Of a stretch of 64,000 bases of DNA, positions 30,758 through 40,289 are shown piece after piece (positions within the stretch are counted from its first letter, which is position 1; each line of letters opens with the position of its first letter). The notes below the pieces were generated by a model. That model worked only from the letters and a program-made list of their open reading frames with translations. It was not told the origin of the DNA and did not search any database. Both the position numbers and the translations under genes were made by a program. The DNA is taken from contig JANPFP010000066.1 in the NCBI GenBank assembly GCA_031423495.1, positions 26,380 through 90,379 of the forward strand. Direction: 5' to 3'. Origin of the DNA: Acidobacteriota bacterium. Its GTDB lineage: Bacteria > Acidobacteriota > Blastocatellia > RBC074.

Positions 30758-31252
30758 TTATGTCTTTCGGGGAGCACGCGATATTTGTCGCAGAGGTTTC
30801 TCACTCAACGCTTCGTTAGCGCTAGCAATAAGTGATTGTGCCAATGACACAACTTGTGGTGATCGCAAAACCGTGCTGAGTACTTGGATGAACTCTTGGT
30901 CATTATCTGCGCGATTGTCAGGCTTATTTCCTGGTTCTATTCCCCGAAATGGGTCTAATTCTCTTTGGTTTTTAAAAAACTCTGCCTCCAATGTAGCCGG
31001 ATAAGCTAAACCTTTAGCTTGTTCAACTATAAAAAGTGCGCGGCGGTAATTGTCGAGTGCAGGCACTACAATATCGAAAGAAAAGATGATCTTATCTTCG
31101 CCTCTGCGAGTGAGTACTGGGCTAATTTCGGCCTGTAACACTCCGCTAGTCTGTTGGGAAAGCGCCTGCGCTTGCGCCTTGAGAATGTTTAGCGGGGATT
31201 GAATTTGAGGCCGAATTTCAGTAGGCCATAAACTACCAATGTTATCTTCCAT
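30758..31252 (-). CDS. Hypothetical protein (164 aa) in a low-GC island, co-oriented with and immediately downstream of the EEP-family gene
   Basis: A protein-like ORF with no recognisable motif. GC is clearly lower than the flanking DNA. There is a 13-nt gap to the upstream gene. Confidence 0.5.
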   Translation of the reverse strand: MEDNIGSLWPTEIRPQIQSPLNILKAQAQALSQQTSGVLQAEISPVLTRRGEDKIIFSFDIVVPALDNYRRALFIVEQAKGLAYPATLEAEFFKNQRELDPFRGIEPGNKPDNRADNDQEFIQVLSTVLRSPQVVSLAQSLIASANEALSEKPLRQISRAPRKT

Positions 31253-31264
31253 AACTGCGTCCTT

Positions 31265-32146
31265 TCACACATTGAGCCGGAGTATGACCGGCAAATGATC
31301 TGACAAGTGGTTCTTGTCTGGAGCGCCATCGCTTCCTAACAAATTATGAGTACCATCGAAGTCAAGCACAAGCACATCCTTCAAGTACTGAATCAATGAT
31401 GGACGTAATAGGGCTTGGTCAAGCATACCCCAATGAGGATTATGCAAAACGCTTGAGCGCCAAAAATGACTTCCTGCTGGGCCGACAGTTCGATCTCCTA
31501 GCAGTCCCCACATCGGATTATAAAACCGACGGCGTAACTGGCCGCGATGTTCGCGGTCGGGAAGCTCGGCTAGCGCCCGCGTCATCAGTCCGTGGATGCC
31601 AGTAGCCAATGTCATACCAGGGTCATACGGATACATATTGAAATCACCAATGAGCAGGGTGTTGCGATGGTGCGAGCGGTCTTCGAATTCCGCGATTTCT
31701 TGACTCACTTCCATAGCGACCGATGCCTGATCTTCAACACTGTTGCCGCCCATTTTAGAAGGCAAGTGTACTCCTGCGATCAAAATTTCTGGCGGCGTCA
31801 TAACGGTAGACCTGAGTCGCCAGATAGCGACCTCGCGCCCTTGGCTAGTGTAACGATGCACGAAGTCTCGTTTTGCGAGCCGCGTAATGGCACGTACTTT
31901 TGTTTTTTCGTAATCCGCTTCTCGGTAAGTTCCGAGGCCGAGTTTGTTGATGTCTTGCAGCACTGGTGATAAGTCGTCTGACGATTCAGCGAGAAGAAAT
32001 ACGTCTACCTGATGCGTCAACGCTAAACATGGCAAATGCTCTAACGCGTTTTGTTTTTTGGCTAGGTTCCAAAAGAGGATCGTTTTCAAGTTCACCACCT
32101 GAAGGCAAAGTTTGTTATGTCTTTTTAAAAAATAGAGGAGCGTCAC
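31265..32146 (-). CDS. Endonuclease/exonuclease/phosphatase (EEP) family protein
   Basis: N-terminal LKTILFWNLAKK, a central LLIGDFNMYPYDP, and a C-terminal SDHLPVILRLNV motif (EEP SDHxPV). The track start is GTG; an internal GTG or TTG near 32098 is also possible. Confidence 0.7.
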   Translation of the reverse strand: MTLLYFLKRHNKLCLQVVNLKTILFWNLAKKQNALEHLPCLALTHQVDVFLLAESSDDLSPVLQDINKLGLGTYREADYEKTKVRAITRLAKRDFVHRYTSQGREVAIWRLRSTVMTPPEILIAGVHLPSKMGGNSVEDQASVAMEVSQEIAEFEDRSHHRNTLLIGDFNMYPYDPGMTLATGIHGLMTRALAELPDREHRGQLRRRFYNPMWGLLGDRTVGPAGSHFWRSSVLHNPHWGMLDQALLRPSLIQYLKDVLVLDFDGTHNLLGSDGAPDKNHLSDHLPVILRLNV

Positions 32147-33333
32147 GCTTGGCTATTTTGCATCCGCGCCATCGGCGACAACTTTCGCAGCTTTTCAACC
32201 TGCGCCGGCAGCGTTTCTAACACGTAATCCACTTCTTCTTTCGTATTGAACTTGCCCAAACTAAAACGAATCGCGCCGCGTCCGTTGTCTTGATTCAGCC
32301 CCAAAGCGACCAGCACATGCGAAGGTTCGACCGAACCGGACGCGCAAGCCGAACCGGTCGAAACCGCGATGCCTTTTAAGTCCAGTGAGATTTGCAGCCC
32401 TTCGCCTTCGACAAAATCGAAGTTGAGATTGGCGACACTCGGAATGCGTTGCGCCGCATCGCCGTTGCGCGTGAGGTGCGGAATCTTTTCAAACAAACCG
32501 GCTTCGAGGTAATCGCGCAAGCCGCGAATTTCTTCCATGCGTTCGGCGAGTTGTGTGCGCGCAAGTTCAGCCGCCGCGCCGATGCCGACGATGAGCGGAA
32601 CGCTTTCTGTACCCGCGCGCCGGTCGCGTTCGTGATGTCCGCCGTGCATTTGCGCGGTGAGCCTGACGCCCTTGCGCACGTATAAAACGCCGATGCCTTT
32701 GGGTCCGTGAAACTTGTGCGCGGTGAGCGCGAGCAGGTCTACGCCGAGTTGTTGCACGTCAACGGGAATCTTGCCGATGGATTGCACGGCGTCGGTATGA
32801 AAGTGCAGATGCTTTTGTCCGGCGGTGCGACGCTCTTTGATGAGCGCGCCGATTTCAGCGAGCGGTTGAATCGTACCGATCTCGTTGTTGGCGTGCATGA
32901 TCGTGACGAGCGTCGTCGCGTCAGTCAGCGCCGCCTGCACGTCTTTCACGCGCACGAGGCCGTTGTCATAAACCGGCAAGCGCGTAATTTGCCAGCCCTG
33001 CTTTTCGAGTTCGGCGCACGAAGCCAGCACGGCGGAATGTTCAAATTGCGAAGTGATGACGTGACGGCCTTTGTCTTGATGCGCTGCGGCAATGCCTTTG
33101 ATCGCAAGGTTGTCGGCTTCGGTTCCGCCTGACAGAAAGGTGATCTCAGCGGGTTGCGCATGGATGAGTTGCGCGACTTGGCTGCGCGCCGTCTCAATCG
33201 CTTGCTTGGCACGCTGTCCGAACTGATGCGTAGAAGAAGCGTTGCCGAACGCCTCGGTGAAATAGGGAAGCATGGCGACGACGACTGCATCGTCTACGCG
33301 GGTGGTGGCGGAATTGTCTAAGTAAACTTGCAT
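32143..33333 (-). CDS. iscS: Cysteine desulfurase (NifS/IscS, class V aminotransferase)
   Basis: Full-length match to the IscS/NifS family: the PLP-lysine context HKFHGPKGIGVLYV, the active-site loop SACASGSVEPSHVL, and N-terminal MQVYLDNSATTRVD. Confidence 0.9.
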   Translation of the reverse strand: MQVYLDNSATTRVDDAVVVAMLPYFTEAFGNASSTHQFGQRAKQAIETARSQVAQLIHAQPAEITFLSGGTEADNLAIKGIAAAHQDKGRHVITSQFEHSAVLASCAELEKQGWQITRLPVYDNGLVRVKDVQAALTDATTLVTIMHANNEIGTIQPLAEIGALIKERRTAGQKHLHFHTDAVQSIGKIPVDVQQLGVDLLALTAHKFHGPKGIGVLYVRKGVRLTAQMHGGHHERDRRAGTESVPLIVGIGAAAELARTQLAERMEEIRGLRDYLEAGLFEKIPHLTRNGDAAQRIPSVANLNFDFVEGEGLQISLDLKGIAVSTGSACASGSVEPSHVLVALGLNQDNGRGAIRFSLGKFNTKEEVDYVLETLPAQVEKLRKLSPMARMQNSQA

Positions 33334-33336
33334 ATC

Positions 33337-33414
33337 GGTTGTCAGTTGTCAGTTGCCAGTTGCCGGTTGTTAGTTCCTTTCTGAACCGACAATCGGCAAC
33401 CGACTACCGATAAC
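33337..33414. repeat. Heptamer tandem array (GTTGYCA)x5 followed by inverted degenerate copies, in the iscS 5' leader
   Basis: Read directly from the sequence: ggttgtcagttgtcagttgccagttgccggttgttagttcc ... ccgacaatcggcaaccgactaccgataacc. Confidence 0.7.
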
Positions 33415-33416
33415 CA

Positions 33417-34205
33417 TTAAAGCGGACGCACCCAAATGTTGCGGAACCGAATGAGGTCGCCGTGGTCTTGCAACGACAACCCGGCTTTGGTTGGAATCAC
33501 AATGTAATGCGGCGCGCGGTCGTGCGAAGTTTCGCCTTGAATCTCGACGTTGTTTTGCACGAGCACTCCGTTGAGCAGCACAGTAATGCGGGCGCGGCGC
33601 GTGGGCAAACCGATTTCGTTAAAACGCGGGCCGCTGAAAATGATGTCGTAAGTCTGCCATTCGCCCGGCTTGCGCACGGGGTTCACGAGGGGCGGATATT
33701 GTTTGTAAATGCTGCCCGCTTGTCCGTGAAAGTAGGTTTTGTTCTCGAACGAATCTAGCACCTGCACTTCGTAATGGCTTAACAGAAAGATGCCACTGTT
33801 GCCACGTCCCTGGCCTTCGCCTTTGACGACGACCGGCGTCGCCCATTCGACGTGCAACTGGCAATCGCCGAATTCATATTTGCTTTGAATGCCGCCGGTG
33901 CGCGGCGCGACTTCCATGTAACCATCTTTGACCGTCCATTTGGCTTCGCCGCCGTCGCGCTGGCTCTTCCAGCCTGACAGGTCTTTGCCGTCAAAAAGTA
34001 TGACGGCATCAGAGGGCGCAGCGCCAACCGTAGCGCCGGGCGTAATGACCGTCGGTTCTTTCTTCGGCGATTCATAAGCCGGTTCTGCCGCCGGGCGCGC
34101 AGGTTGTTGCGGCGCGGCGGGTTGTTGCGCTTGCGTCGTAAAGATGACGGCGCACGCGATGAAAACTAATGCGAAAAGGGCAAGGGTGATGCGAGACAGT
34201 TTCAT
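33417..34205 (-). CDS. DUF1080 family secreted protein (3-keto-disaccharide hydrolase / LamG-like fold)
   Basis: Signal peptide [20 protein letters not shown], then [18 protein letters not shown] and a C-terminal [11 protein letters not shown] typical of DUF1080. Start set at the second Met (34205). Confidence 0.7.
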   Translation of the reverse strand: MKLSRITLALFALVFIACAVIFTTQAQQPAAPQQPARPAAEPAYESPKKEPTVITPGATVGAAPSDAVILFDGKDLSGWKSQRDGGEAKWTVKDGYMEVAPRTGGIQSKYEFGDCQLHVEWATPVVVKGEGQGRGNSGIFLLSHYEVQVLDSFENKTYFHGQAGSIYKQYPPLVNPVRKPGEWQTYDIIFSGPRFNEIGLPTRRARITVLLNGVLVQNNVEIQGETSHDRAPHYIVIPTKAGLSLQDHGDLIRFRNIWVRPL

Positions 34206-34231
34206 TGTTGACGTTCTCCTCGGTGATAAAA

Positions 34232-34368
34232 AAGGTACAGCAACCTTTCCAGGTTGCTGAGGGCTTGTGCAAAAAAACACACTGAGAGAATGGTAAGGCG
34301 TGTGTATGTCCCGCTTGGTTTAGTAGACGCGACACCAATCCGCAGCAACCTGGAAAGGTTGCTGTACC
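34232..34368. terminator. Two copies of an identical 9-bp-stem hairpin (cagcaacc-tttcc-aggttgctg) in inverted orientation, lying between the PSCyt gene stop and the DUF1080 start
   Basis: Read directly from the sequence: 34236–34262 and 34341–34366. Confidence 0.4.
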
Positions 34369-34370
34369 GT

Positions 34371-37300
34371 TCACTTCGTGATCGTTTCGTCCAAATTCAA
34401 TAACACATTGGCGACCATCGTCCACGCCGCGAGTTCGGGCGAAGGCACCGATGATGAGGAAGCCTGTTTGACCACTTTAAGGGCTTCGTCAGCGTGCAAC
34501 TTGAAGTAAGCGAGTTGCTGCTGATAAAGCGCGGTGAGCCGTTCGAGTTCGGCTTTGTGCGGAGCGCGCGCTACGCACAGGCGCGTGCCGTAAGCCAAAT
34601 GCGACGATGCATCTGCACCTTCTTTCATCATTCGGCCAGCTAAGGCACGCGCGGCCTCAAACATTGCTTCGTCGTTTAACAGGTTCAGCGCCTGCAACGG
34701 CGTATTCGTTCGCGTACGCCGCACGACGCACGACTCGCGGCTGATGCCGTCGAAATTCAACATCATCGGATAAGGCGACGAGCGGCGCAGGAACGTATAC
34801 AAACTGCGGCGATAGCGGTCTGCGCCTTTGGCGTTCATCCATTTTTCGCTGCTGTAAGGCGCTTTCCAGATGCCTTCGGGTTGCAACGGCATGACCGACG
34901 GGCCGCCGACTTTTTGCGTCAACAAGCCGCTGATGGCGAATACAGTATCGCGCAACATTTCGGCTTCAAGCCTGAAACGCGGGCCGCGCGCGAGCAAGCG
35001 GTTGTAAGGGTCTTTCTCTTGCAAGGCGGGTGAACTAGCCGCCGCTTGCCGATAAGCCGATGAAGTCACGAGCGTACGAATGAGCTTTTTCATGCTCCAA
35101 TTCATGCCGCCTTGGTTAGCGGGTTTGCTGAACTCTACGGCGAGCCAGTCGAGCAATTCGGGGTGCGAAGGCGTGGCGGATTGCAGGCCGAAATCTTCTG
35201 ACGTCTCGACGATGCCGCGTCCGAAAAGCTGTTCCCAAAAACGATTGACTGCGACGCGCCCGACCAACGGATTGTCTGAACTGACCAGCCATTGCGCGAG
35301 TCCCAGGCGATTGGCGGGCGCGCTCTCAGGCAGCGCGTGCAACACGGCGGGCGTAGCCGCAAATACCTTTTCGCCTTTGCTCATGAAGTTGCCGCGTTCG
35401 CGCAAAAACGTGGCGGGGCGTTCAGCGGATTTCACTTCCTGCATCACCAGCGCCGACGTGATGCGCAAGGCTTTGAGTTCGTCGCGCAGCTTTTCTAACT
35501 GGTCGCGCGTCGCTTTGAACTCAGGCACGAGCGAACGATAACGATCGGCCAAATCCTGCTGTTGTTTGGCCGTACGCGCGGTTACCGCTTGGGCGAGAAC
35601 CGCTTGTTGCCGCGCTGAAATGTTCACGATCTCAAACGGCGTCTTGCTGTTCGTCACCGACAATCTGAAGCGTCCCATCGTTTGGCAAAGCGCGCCGCCT
35701 TGATGCCGCAACGTGATTTTTAATTGCGTACCGGTGGCCGCGCCAAAAGGCAAAGCGGTAGTGAATACGGCTTGGCGTGCTAGCCGTTGAGCTACATCAC
35801 CATTTGGGTCGTTGGTCGCATTGATCGCCCAACCCGCCGGACGATCAGCCACGCGCGTGTCGGTCTTGTCGGCAAAAATTTCGCGCGGTTCGGGTTTGTA
35901 AGCCGAATCATTCACGCGCAGATCTTTCAGCTTGATAGCTTGGCCTTTGCCGTTAAGCGGTACGGTTTCGACCGCGAAACCCGTCAGCAAAAAATTGCCA
36001 TAAGGGTCACGTCCCGGCCCGCCTTGCGGCAAGCTGGCGTCGGGCAACACTTCAAGCCGCAACGCAGTGATATTCGCCAGTTTGGTTTGCGCCGTGATGG
36101 TGAAAATTTCGCTCTCGCTTTGCGTGCCTGACACCAGCAACGAATGATCGCTTTGGGCGTTGAGTTGCGCGCCGCTGGCAGCTTCGGCCTTGAGCGGTTT
36201 GAGCGTCGTCCAGCTTTGCGGAGCATTCAGCAAAGCCTTTTCCCAAGCGGCTTGCGCGGCTTGGCGTTCAGGCGCATCGGCTTTGAGTTCGGCTTCGAGC
36301 TTTTTGATTTCGGCGTTCAGGCGTTGGCGTTGCGCGGCCTGTTCGGGCGAAGGCAAATCAAGCGCAGGCTCTTTCACAAAGCGCGTGAATTCCTCTTTCG
36401 TCACGCTCTGATAAGCGATTTCGTACTCGCTGTTTTCAAAAAACGCCAACAGCTTGTAATAGTCTTTTTGCGTGAACGGGTCGTATTTGTGGTTGTGGCA
36501 TTGCGCGCAACCGACGGTGGAACCCAGCCAGACCGTGCTGGTCGTATTCACGCGATCAACCAGTGTTTCCCAACGCGCTTCGTGCGGATCAACGCCACCT
36601 TCCTGATTAATCATTGTGTTGCGATGAAAGCCCGTCGCAATGCGCTGTTCTTCCGTAGCGTTCGGCAGCATGTCTCCCGCGATTTGTTCGATGGTGAATT
36701 GATCGAAAGGCTTGTCGGCGTTGAGTGCATTGATGACCCAGTCGCGGTACTTCCACATCACGCGCAGGTTGTCTTTTTCGTAACCGTTCGAATCGGCATA
36801 GCGCGCCAAATCCAACCACGGACGCGCCCAGCGTTCGCCATAAGCAGGCGACGCGAGCAGCTTGTCCACCACCTTTTCATAAGCGTTGGCTGAAGTGTCG
36901 GCGATGAATGCGTCTAGGTCTTGCGGCGAAGGCGGCAGGCCGATCACGTCGAGATATACGCGCCGCAACAAGACGGCTTTGTCCGCTTCAGGCGAAGGCC
37001 GCAATCCTTCTTTTTCGAGGCGCGCGAGAATGAAACTGTCTACGGCGTTGCGCACCCAGGCTTGGTTTTTGACGGTCGGCAAAGCGACTTGGCGCGGCTT
37101 CACATACGACCAATGTTTCGGCGTGTCGGATTTGAGATTTGAGATTGCGTCATCGGGCCAACTCGCGCCTTCATCAATCCAGCGAGCGATGAGGGCGATT
37201 TGTTCAGGCTTGAGCGCGCTGGCTTTGAGCGGCATTTGCACTTCGCCGCCTTCGCCTTTGAGGCGCGCCATCAAACGCGAAGCCTTGCTGTCACCAGCGA

Positions 37301-37538
37301 CAATGATCGTGCCAGAAATGCCGCCTTTCATCGCCAACGATTTGAGATCAAGCCGCAACTGTCCCGAAGCCTTTTTGTCGTTGTGGCATGCGTTGCAACT
37401 CGCGGCAAAAATCGGCTGGATGTCGCGCGCAAAATCAACTTTAGTTTGGGCGGCGTGGCTCGCCGCACGCGGCCACAGCGAAGCCAGTGCGACCACTATA
37501 AACGAGGCGGTGACTAGACCTTTCATCCGGTAGTTCAT
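34371..37538 (-). CDS. PSCyt1/PSCyt2 + DUF1549 + DUF1553 protein (planctomycete cytochrome c-like), 1055 aa
   Basis: [29 protein letters not shown] (PSCyt1 CxxCH), [11 protein letters not shown] (DUF1549) and a C-terminal DUF1553-like region. Confidence 0.8.
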   Translation of the reverse strand: MNYRMKGLVTASFIVVALASLWPRAASHAAQTKVDFARDIQPIFAASCNACHNDKKASGQLRLDLKSLAMKGGISGTIIVAGDSKASRLMARLKGEGGEVQMPLKASALKPEQIALIARWIDEGASWPDDAISNLKSDTPKHWSYVKPRQVALPTVKNQAWVRNAVDSFILARLEKEGLRPSPEADKAVLLRRVYLDVIGLPPSPQDLDAFIADTSANAYEKVVDKLLASPAYGERWARPWLDLARYADSNGYEKDNLRVMWKYRDWVINALNADKPFDQFTIEQIAGDMLPNATEEQRIATGFHRNTMINQEGGVDPHEARWETLVDRVNTTSTVWLGSTVGCAQCHNHKYDPFTQKDYYKLLAFFENSEYEIAYQSVTKEEFTRFVKEPALDLPSPEQAAQRQRLNAEIKKLEAELKADAPERQAAQAAWEKALLNAPQSWTTLKPLKAEAASGAQLNAQSDHSLLVSGTQSESEIFTITAQTKLANITALRLEVLPDASLPQGGPGRDPYGNFLLTGFAVETVPLNGKGQAIKLKDLRVNDSAYKPEPREIFADKTDTRVADRPAGWAINATNDPNGDVAQRLARQAVFTTALPFGAATGTQLKITLRHQGGALCQTMGRFRLSVTNSKTPFEIVNISARQQAVLAQAVTARTAKQQQDLADRYRSLVPEFKATRDQLEKLRDELKALRITSALVMQEVKSAERPATFLRERGNFMSKGEKVFAATPAVLHALPESAPANRLGLAQWLVSSDNPLVGRVAVNRFWEQLFGRGIVETSEDFGLQSATPSHPELLDWLAVEFSKPANQGGMNWSMKKLIRTLVTSSAYRQAAASSPALQEKDPYNRLLARGPRFRLEAEMLRDTVFAISGLLTQKVGGPSVMPLQPEGIWKAPYSSEKWMNAKGADRYRRSLYTFLRRSSPYPMMLNFDGISRESCVVRRTRTNTPLQALNLLNDEAMFEAARALAGRMMKEGADASSHLAYGTRLCVARAPHKAELERLTALYQQQLAYFKLHADEALKVVKQASSSSVPSPELAAWTMVANVLLNLDETITK

Positions 37539-37674
37539 TGTCTAACTCGCAAGCAACTTTTAATTGTTAGGTTTAGGAAAACCCGCGTGGGCGTGGCCCC
37601 GCGCAGGTGCAAATGATTCGTCGGTGCAAAAGATAGCACAGCCAACTGATGTCGCAAATGTTCAGAACCGGCGG

Positions 37675-39225
37675 TCAGTCGTTCGCCGGTTTGTCGTTCG
37701 TGTTGAACAAAAAGTAATCGTGAACGGCGCGTGCGACTTCGGCAATCGCGCGTTCGCGTTCAGCCATGTCTTTGGTCGCGGCCTTGACGAACACGGCCAG
37801 CGCGACGTGTCCAGCGTTGTCGGGCAGCGTGACGATGCCTACGTCATTGGCCGTACCGCCGATGCTACCGGTTTTGTGCGCGACTTCAGTGCCGCGCGGC
37901 AACAGTCCTTTCAACCGCGCATCGCCCGTGCGACAGCGCCGCATAATGTCGTAAAGCAATTCGGCGCTTGCGGGTTTGAGGCAATCTTTTTTCCAGATGC
38001 GTTCAAGCAAGCGCGCCATTCCTTCAGGTGTGGAAGTGTCGCGCGCATCGGAAATGAACTTTTCGTTTGCCAGCTTGCCGTGGTCGGGCGTAACGGCTTT
38101 CGCCAACTTGCTGTAACCATCCAGCGTGTGTTCGTCACGCGACGGCAAACTTTGAATGCCCAACCAGTCGGCGATCAATTCACGCGTCGAACGATTGACG
38201 TTGATGCCTTCGATGCCAAGCGCACGCATGCGCGCGGTGACAGCTTCGCCGCCGCCCGCCAGACGCAAGCAAACATCAGTCGCGCTGTTGTCGCTGATGA
38301 GCAGCATTAGTTCGAGCAGGTTGCGCAGCGAAAGCGCCACACCGGGTTGGTTGAATAAGTCTGACAACGTGCCGCTGCCCGGACTCAAGTCACTCGTTTT
38401 CAATTCGATCATTTGATTGAGCGCGAGCTTGCCTTCGTCAACGAGCGTCAGCAATTGCACAGCGACGGGCACTTTGAACGTACTCGCCATCGGATAGGCT
38501 TCGCCGTTGTTGAGCGTGACGCGGCGACCTGATTCGAGATGAAGGGCGGCGACGCCTACGGTTCCGTCAGTGACTTTGACGAGGCGCGCGAGTTCGCGTT
38601 CGAGGCGCGGCAGTGAATCGTCTTTGGTTGCTGAGAGGGCTTCAACTTTTATCAGGCTGAACGAATCAAGAAAGCTCATCGCAATCTTTTCATATCCGTT
38701 TTCAGCGCCCATACGTTCAAGGTCGTGAATCTGGGTAGTGATGACGACTTGATATAAACGTCCGCCGACCAGCACGGTCTTGGTGCGCAATACGACACGC
38801 TTTTCGACTTCGACGTGCAGGAATTGTCCCGCATGTCCGTCGAGTGTGAAGTCTTTTTCGCTGATGAGTTGGCTGCCAGCACGTTTGAGCGCGGCTTCGC
38901 GTACAGCCGCGAACATCTCGCGGCTGCCTGTTTCTTCGAGATTAGCGGGGAAGGCTGACACGTTCACCGAATAGGAAATGAATGAGGCCGAGCCATGTTG
39001 CACATTGGTGACGGTGACTATGATGCCGTTGCGCTCTACCTCATTTTTGGTTTGCTTAGGTTCGCCAGGCAATTTGATTTTGAAACCGCTGTCAGGGAAA
39101 GCGAACTCTTTCCACTTTTCAGGGAAGTAATCAGGAGCAGGCGGGGGCGGGGGCGGCGGAGCCTGTGCCACACCGAAGGCCAGCCCGTTCAACATAATCA
39201 TCCACAACAACAGAAAGTTTTTCAT
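37675..39225 (-). CDS. Secreted protein with a C-terminal class A beta-lactamase-type serine hydrolase domain and an N-terminal ~230-aa domain of unknown function
   Basis: SxxK (MASTFKV), SDN (ISDNSATD) and KTG (AHKTGSIG) motifs; signal peptide followed by a poly-Pro stretch AQAPPPPPPPAPDYF. Confidence 0.75.
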   Translation of the reverse strand: MKNFLLLWMIMLNGLAFGVAQAPPPPPPPAPDYFPEKWKEFAFPDSGFKIKLPGEPKQTKNEVERNGIIVTVTNVQHGSASFISYSVNVSAFPANLEETGSREMFAAVREAALKRAGSQLISEKDFTLDGHAGQFLHVEVEKRVVLRTKTVLVGGRLYQVVITTQIHDLERMGAENGYEKIAMSFLDSFSLIKVEALSATKDDSLPRLERELARLVKVTDGTVGVAALHLESGRRVTLNNGEAYPMASTFKVPVAVQLLTLVDEGKLALNQMIELKTSDLSPGSGTLSDLFNQPGVALSLRNLLELMLLISDNSATDVCLRLAGGGEAVTARMRALGIEGINVNRSTRELIADWLGIQSLPSRDEHTLDGYSKLAKAVTPDHGKLANEKFISDARDTSTPEGMARLLERIWKKDCLKPASAELLYDIMRRCRTGDARLKGLLPRGTEVAHKTGSIGGTANDVGIVTLPDNAGHVALAVFVKAATKDMAERERAIAEVARAVHDYFLFNTNDKPAND

Positions 39226-39423
39226 GGTTACGGTTCCTCTCAGTCAGAAAGTAGCTTGGGTTTTGCATAAGGCGATGGCGCGCATCATAACATCGGCAGA
39301 GAATTTTTCGCGCAACGGACTTTCTCACGCGACGTTTTGCGGCCCGTTCGCCAGCGACAGGTTCCTGACTTTACGCAAAAAAACTGAAACCCTTTCCGCC
39401 TTTCTACCGGTCTTACCAATTGC

Positions 39424-39453
39424 TTGACGCGCAAGCGGCGCGACGTTTATACA
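39424..39453 (+). promoter_or_regulatory. Candidate sigma70-type promoter TTGACG-N17-TTATAC upstream of the small ORF pair
   Basis: Read directly from the sequence; weak. Confidence 0.25.
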
Positions 39454-39594
39454 AGCCTCGTTAATCTCACGTGGTTAGCGATCTTGTTAGCGGTAACTTT
39501 TCCCATCAGTTCTAAACTCGCGGAAGGCCTATGCAATTCAATCTTCGTCATCTGAAACGTTGGCTGCTGAGGCAGGGCGTCAGGGAGGGGTTGA

Positions 39595-39912
39595 TTGTCT
39601 TTTGACGAATTGACTGATCTGGTGATTGTGGTACGCGGCGGCATCAGCGAGTTGCCACCTTCTGGCACCGTTTTTTCCGGCGCTGTTGGTGAGACGTTGG
39701 CAGACGCAGCGGCTTTTGTTCCGCACGGGACGATTCGGCATACGACCGTTGGTGCGATTCTAGCGGCGGGCGGTTCGGTCACGCTCAAACCGGAAATGAC
39801 TCGTAGCGGTAAGCTCAACGAGCGGCATGTCAATGTGGTAGAGGCGGCTGCGCCTTCGGTTTTTTCAGAACCATTGGATAATCCGGTTCCCAAGCCGGAA
39901 CGGATTCAATGA
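39595..39912 (+). CDS. Hypothetical small protein (105 aa)
   Basis: Protein-like ORF whose stop directly abuts the next ORF; the opposite-strand ORF looks like junk. Confidence 0.3.
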   Translation: MSFDELTDLVIVVRGGISELPPSGTVFSGAVGETLADAAAFVPHGTIRHTTVGAILAAGGSVTLKPEMTRSGKLNERHVNVVEAAAPSVFSEPLDNPVPKPERIQ

Positions 39913-39936
39913 GTGTTTTGTCAAAGGAGTTTTACG

Positions 39937-40260
39937 ATGAATTGGGTCAGCATTCGTTACCGCGATTTTTATGATTTGCCGCGCATCTTCATCGCCAGTT
40001 ATGAAGGGCGGCAATATCTTTTTGACTGCCCTTTCGATGATGCGCTTGATGATTACCCAGAGAGCTATCGCGTATACCAACTGCCGCTGTTGTCGGAAGC
40101 AGAGTTGCAAGGCTCGTGGGAACACTTGTCAGCGCGAGCGATTGATTTTCTAGGGACGCTTCCGCTGGCGGCGGTTCAATTCGATCCAACCAAACGTGCG
40201 TGCATCAATGCCGCCGTTTTCACTTCGTTGTCGCGCCAGCCAGAGTTACTGGCAGCTTAG
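39937..40260 (+). CDS. Hypothetical small protein (~107 aa)
   Basis: SD-like aaaggag 6 nt upstream of ATG (MNWVSIRYRDFYDLPRIF...); coupled to the upstream ORF. Confidence 0.35.
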   Translation: MNWVSIRYRDFYDLPRIFIASYEGRQYLFDCPFDDALDDYPESYRVYQLPLLSEAELQGSWEHLSARAIDFLGTLPLAAVQFDPTKRACINAAVFTSLSRQPELLAA

Positions 40261-40289
40261 TATGATTCTTTTTTCGCGGAGCTTATCCA

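Noticed and set aside
36144-37533. Plus-strand ORFs (249 aa and 215 aa) inside the PSCyt gene
   Set aside because: Antisense shadow ORFs of the 1055-aa PSCyt/DUF1549/DUF1553 gene.
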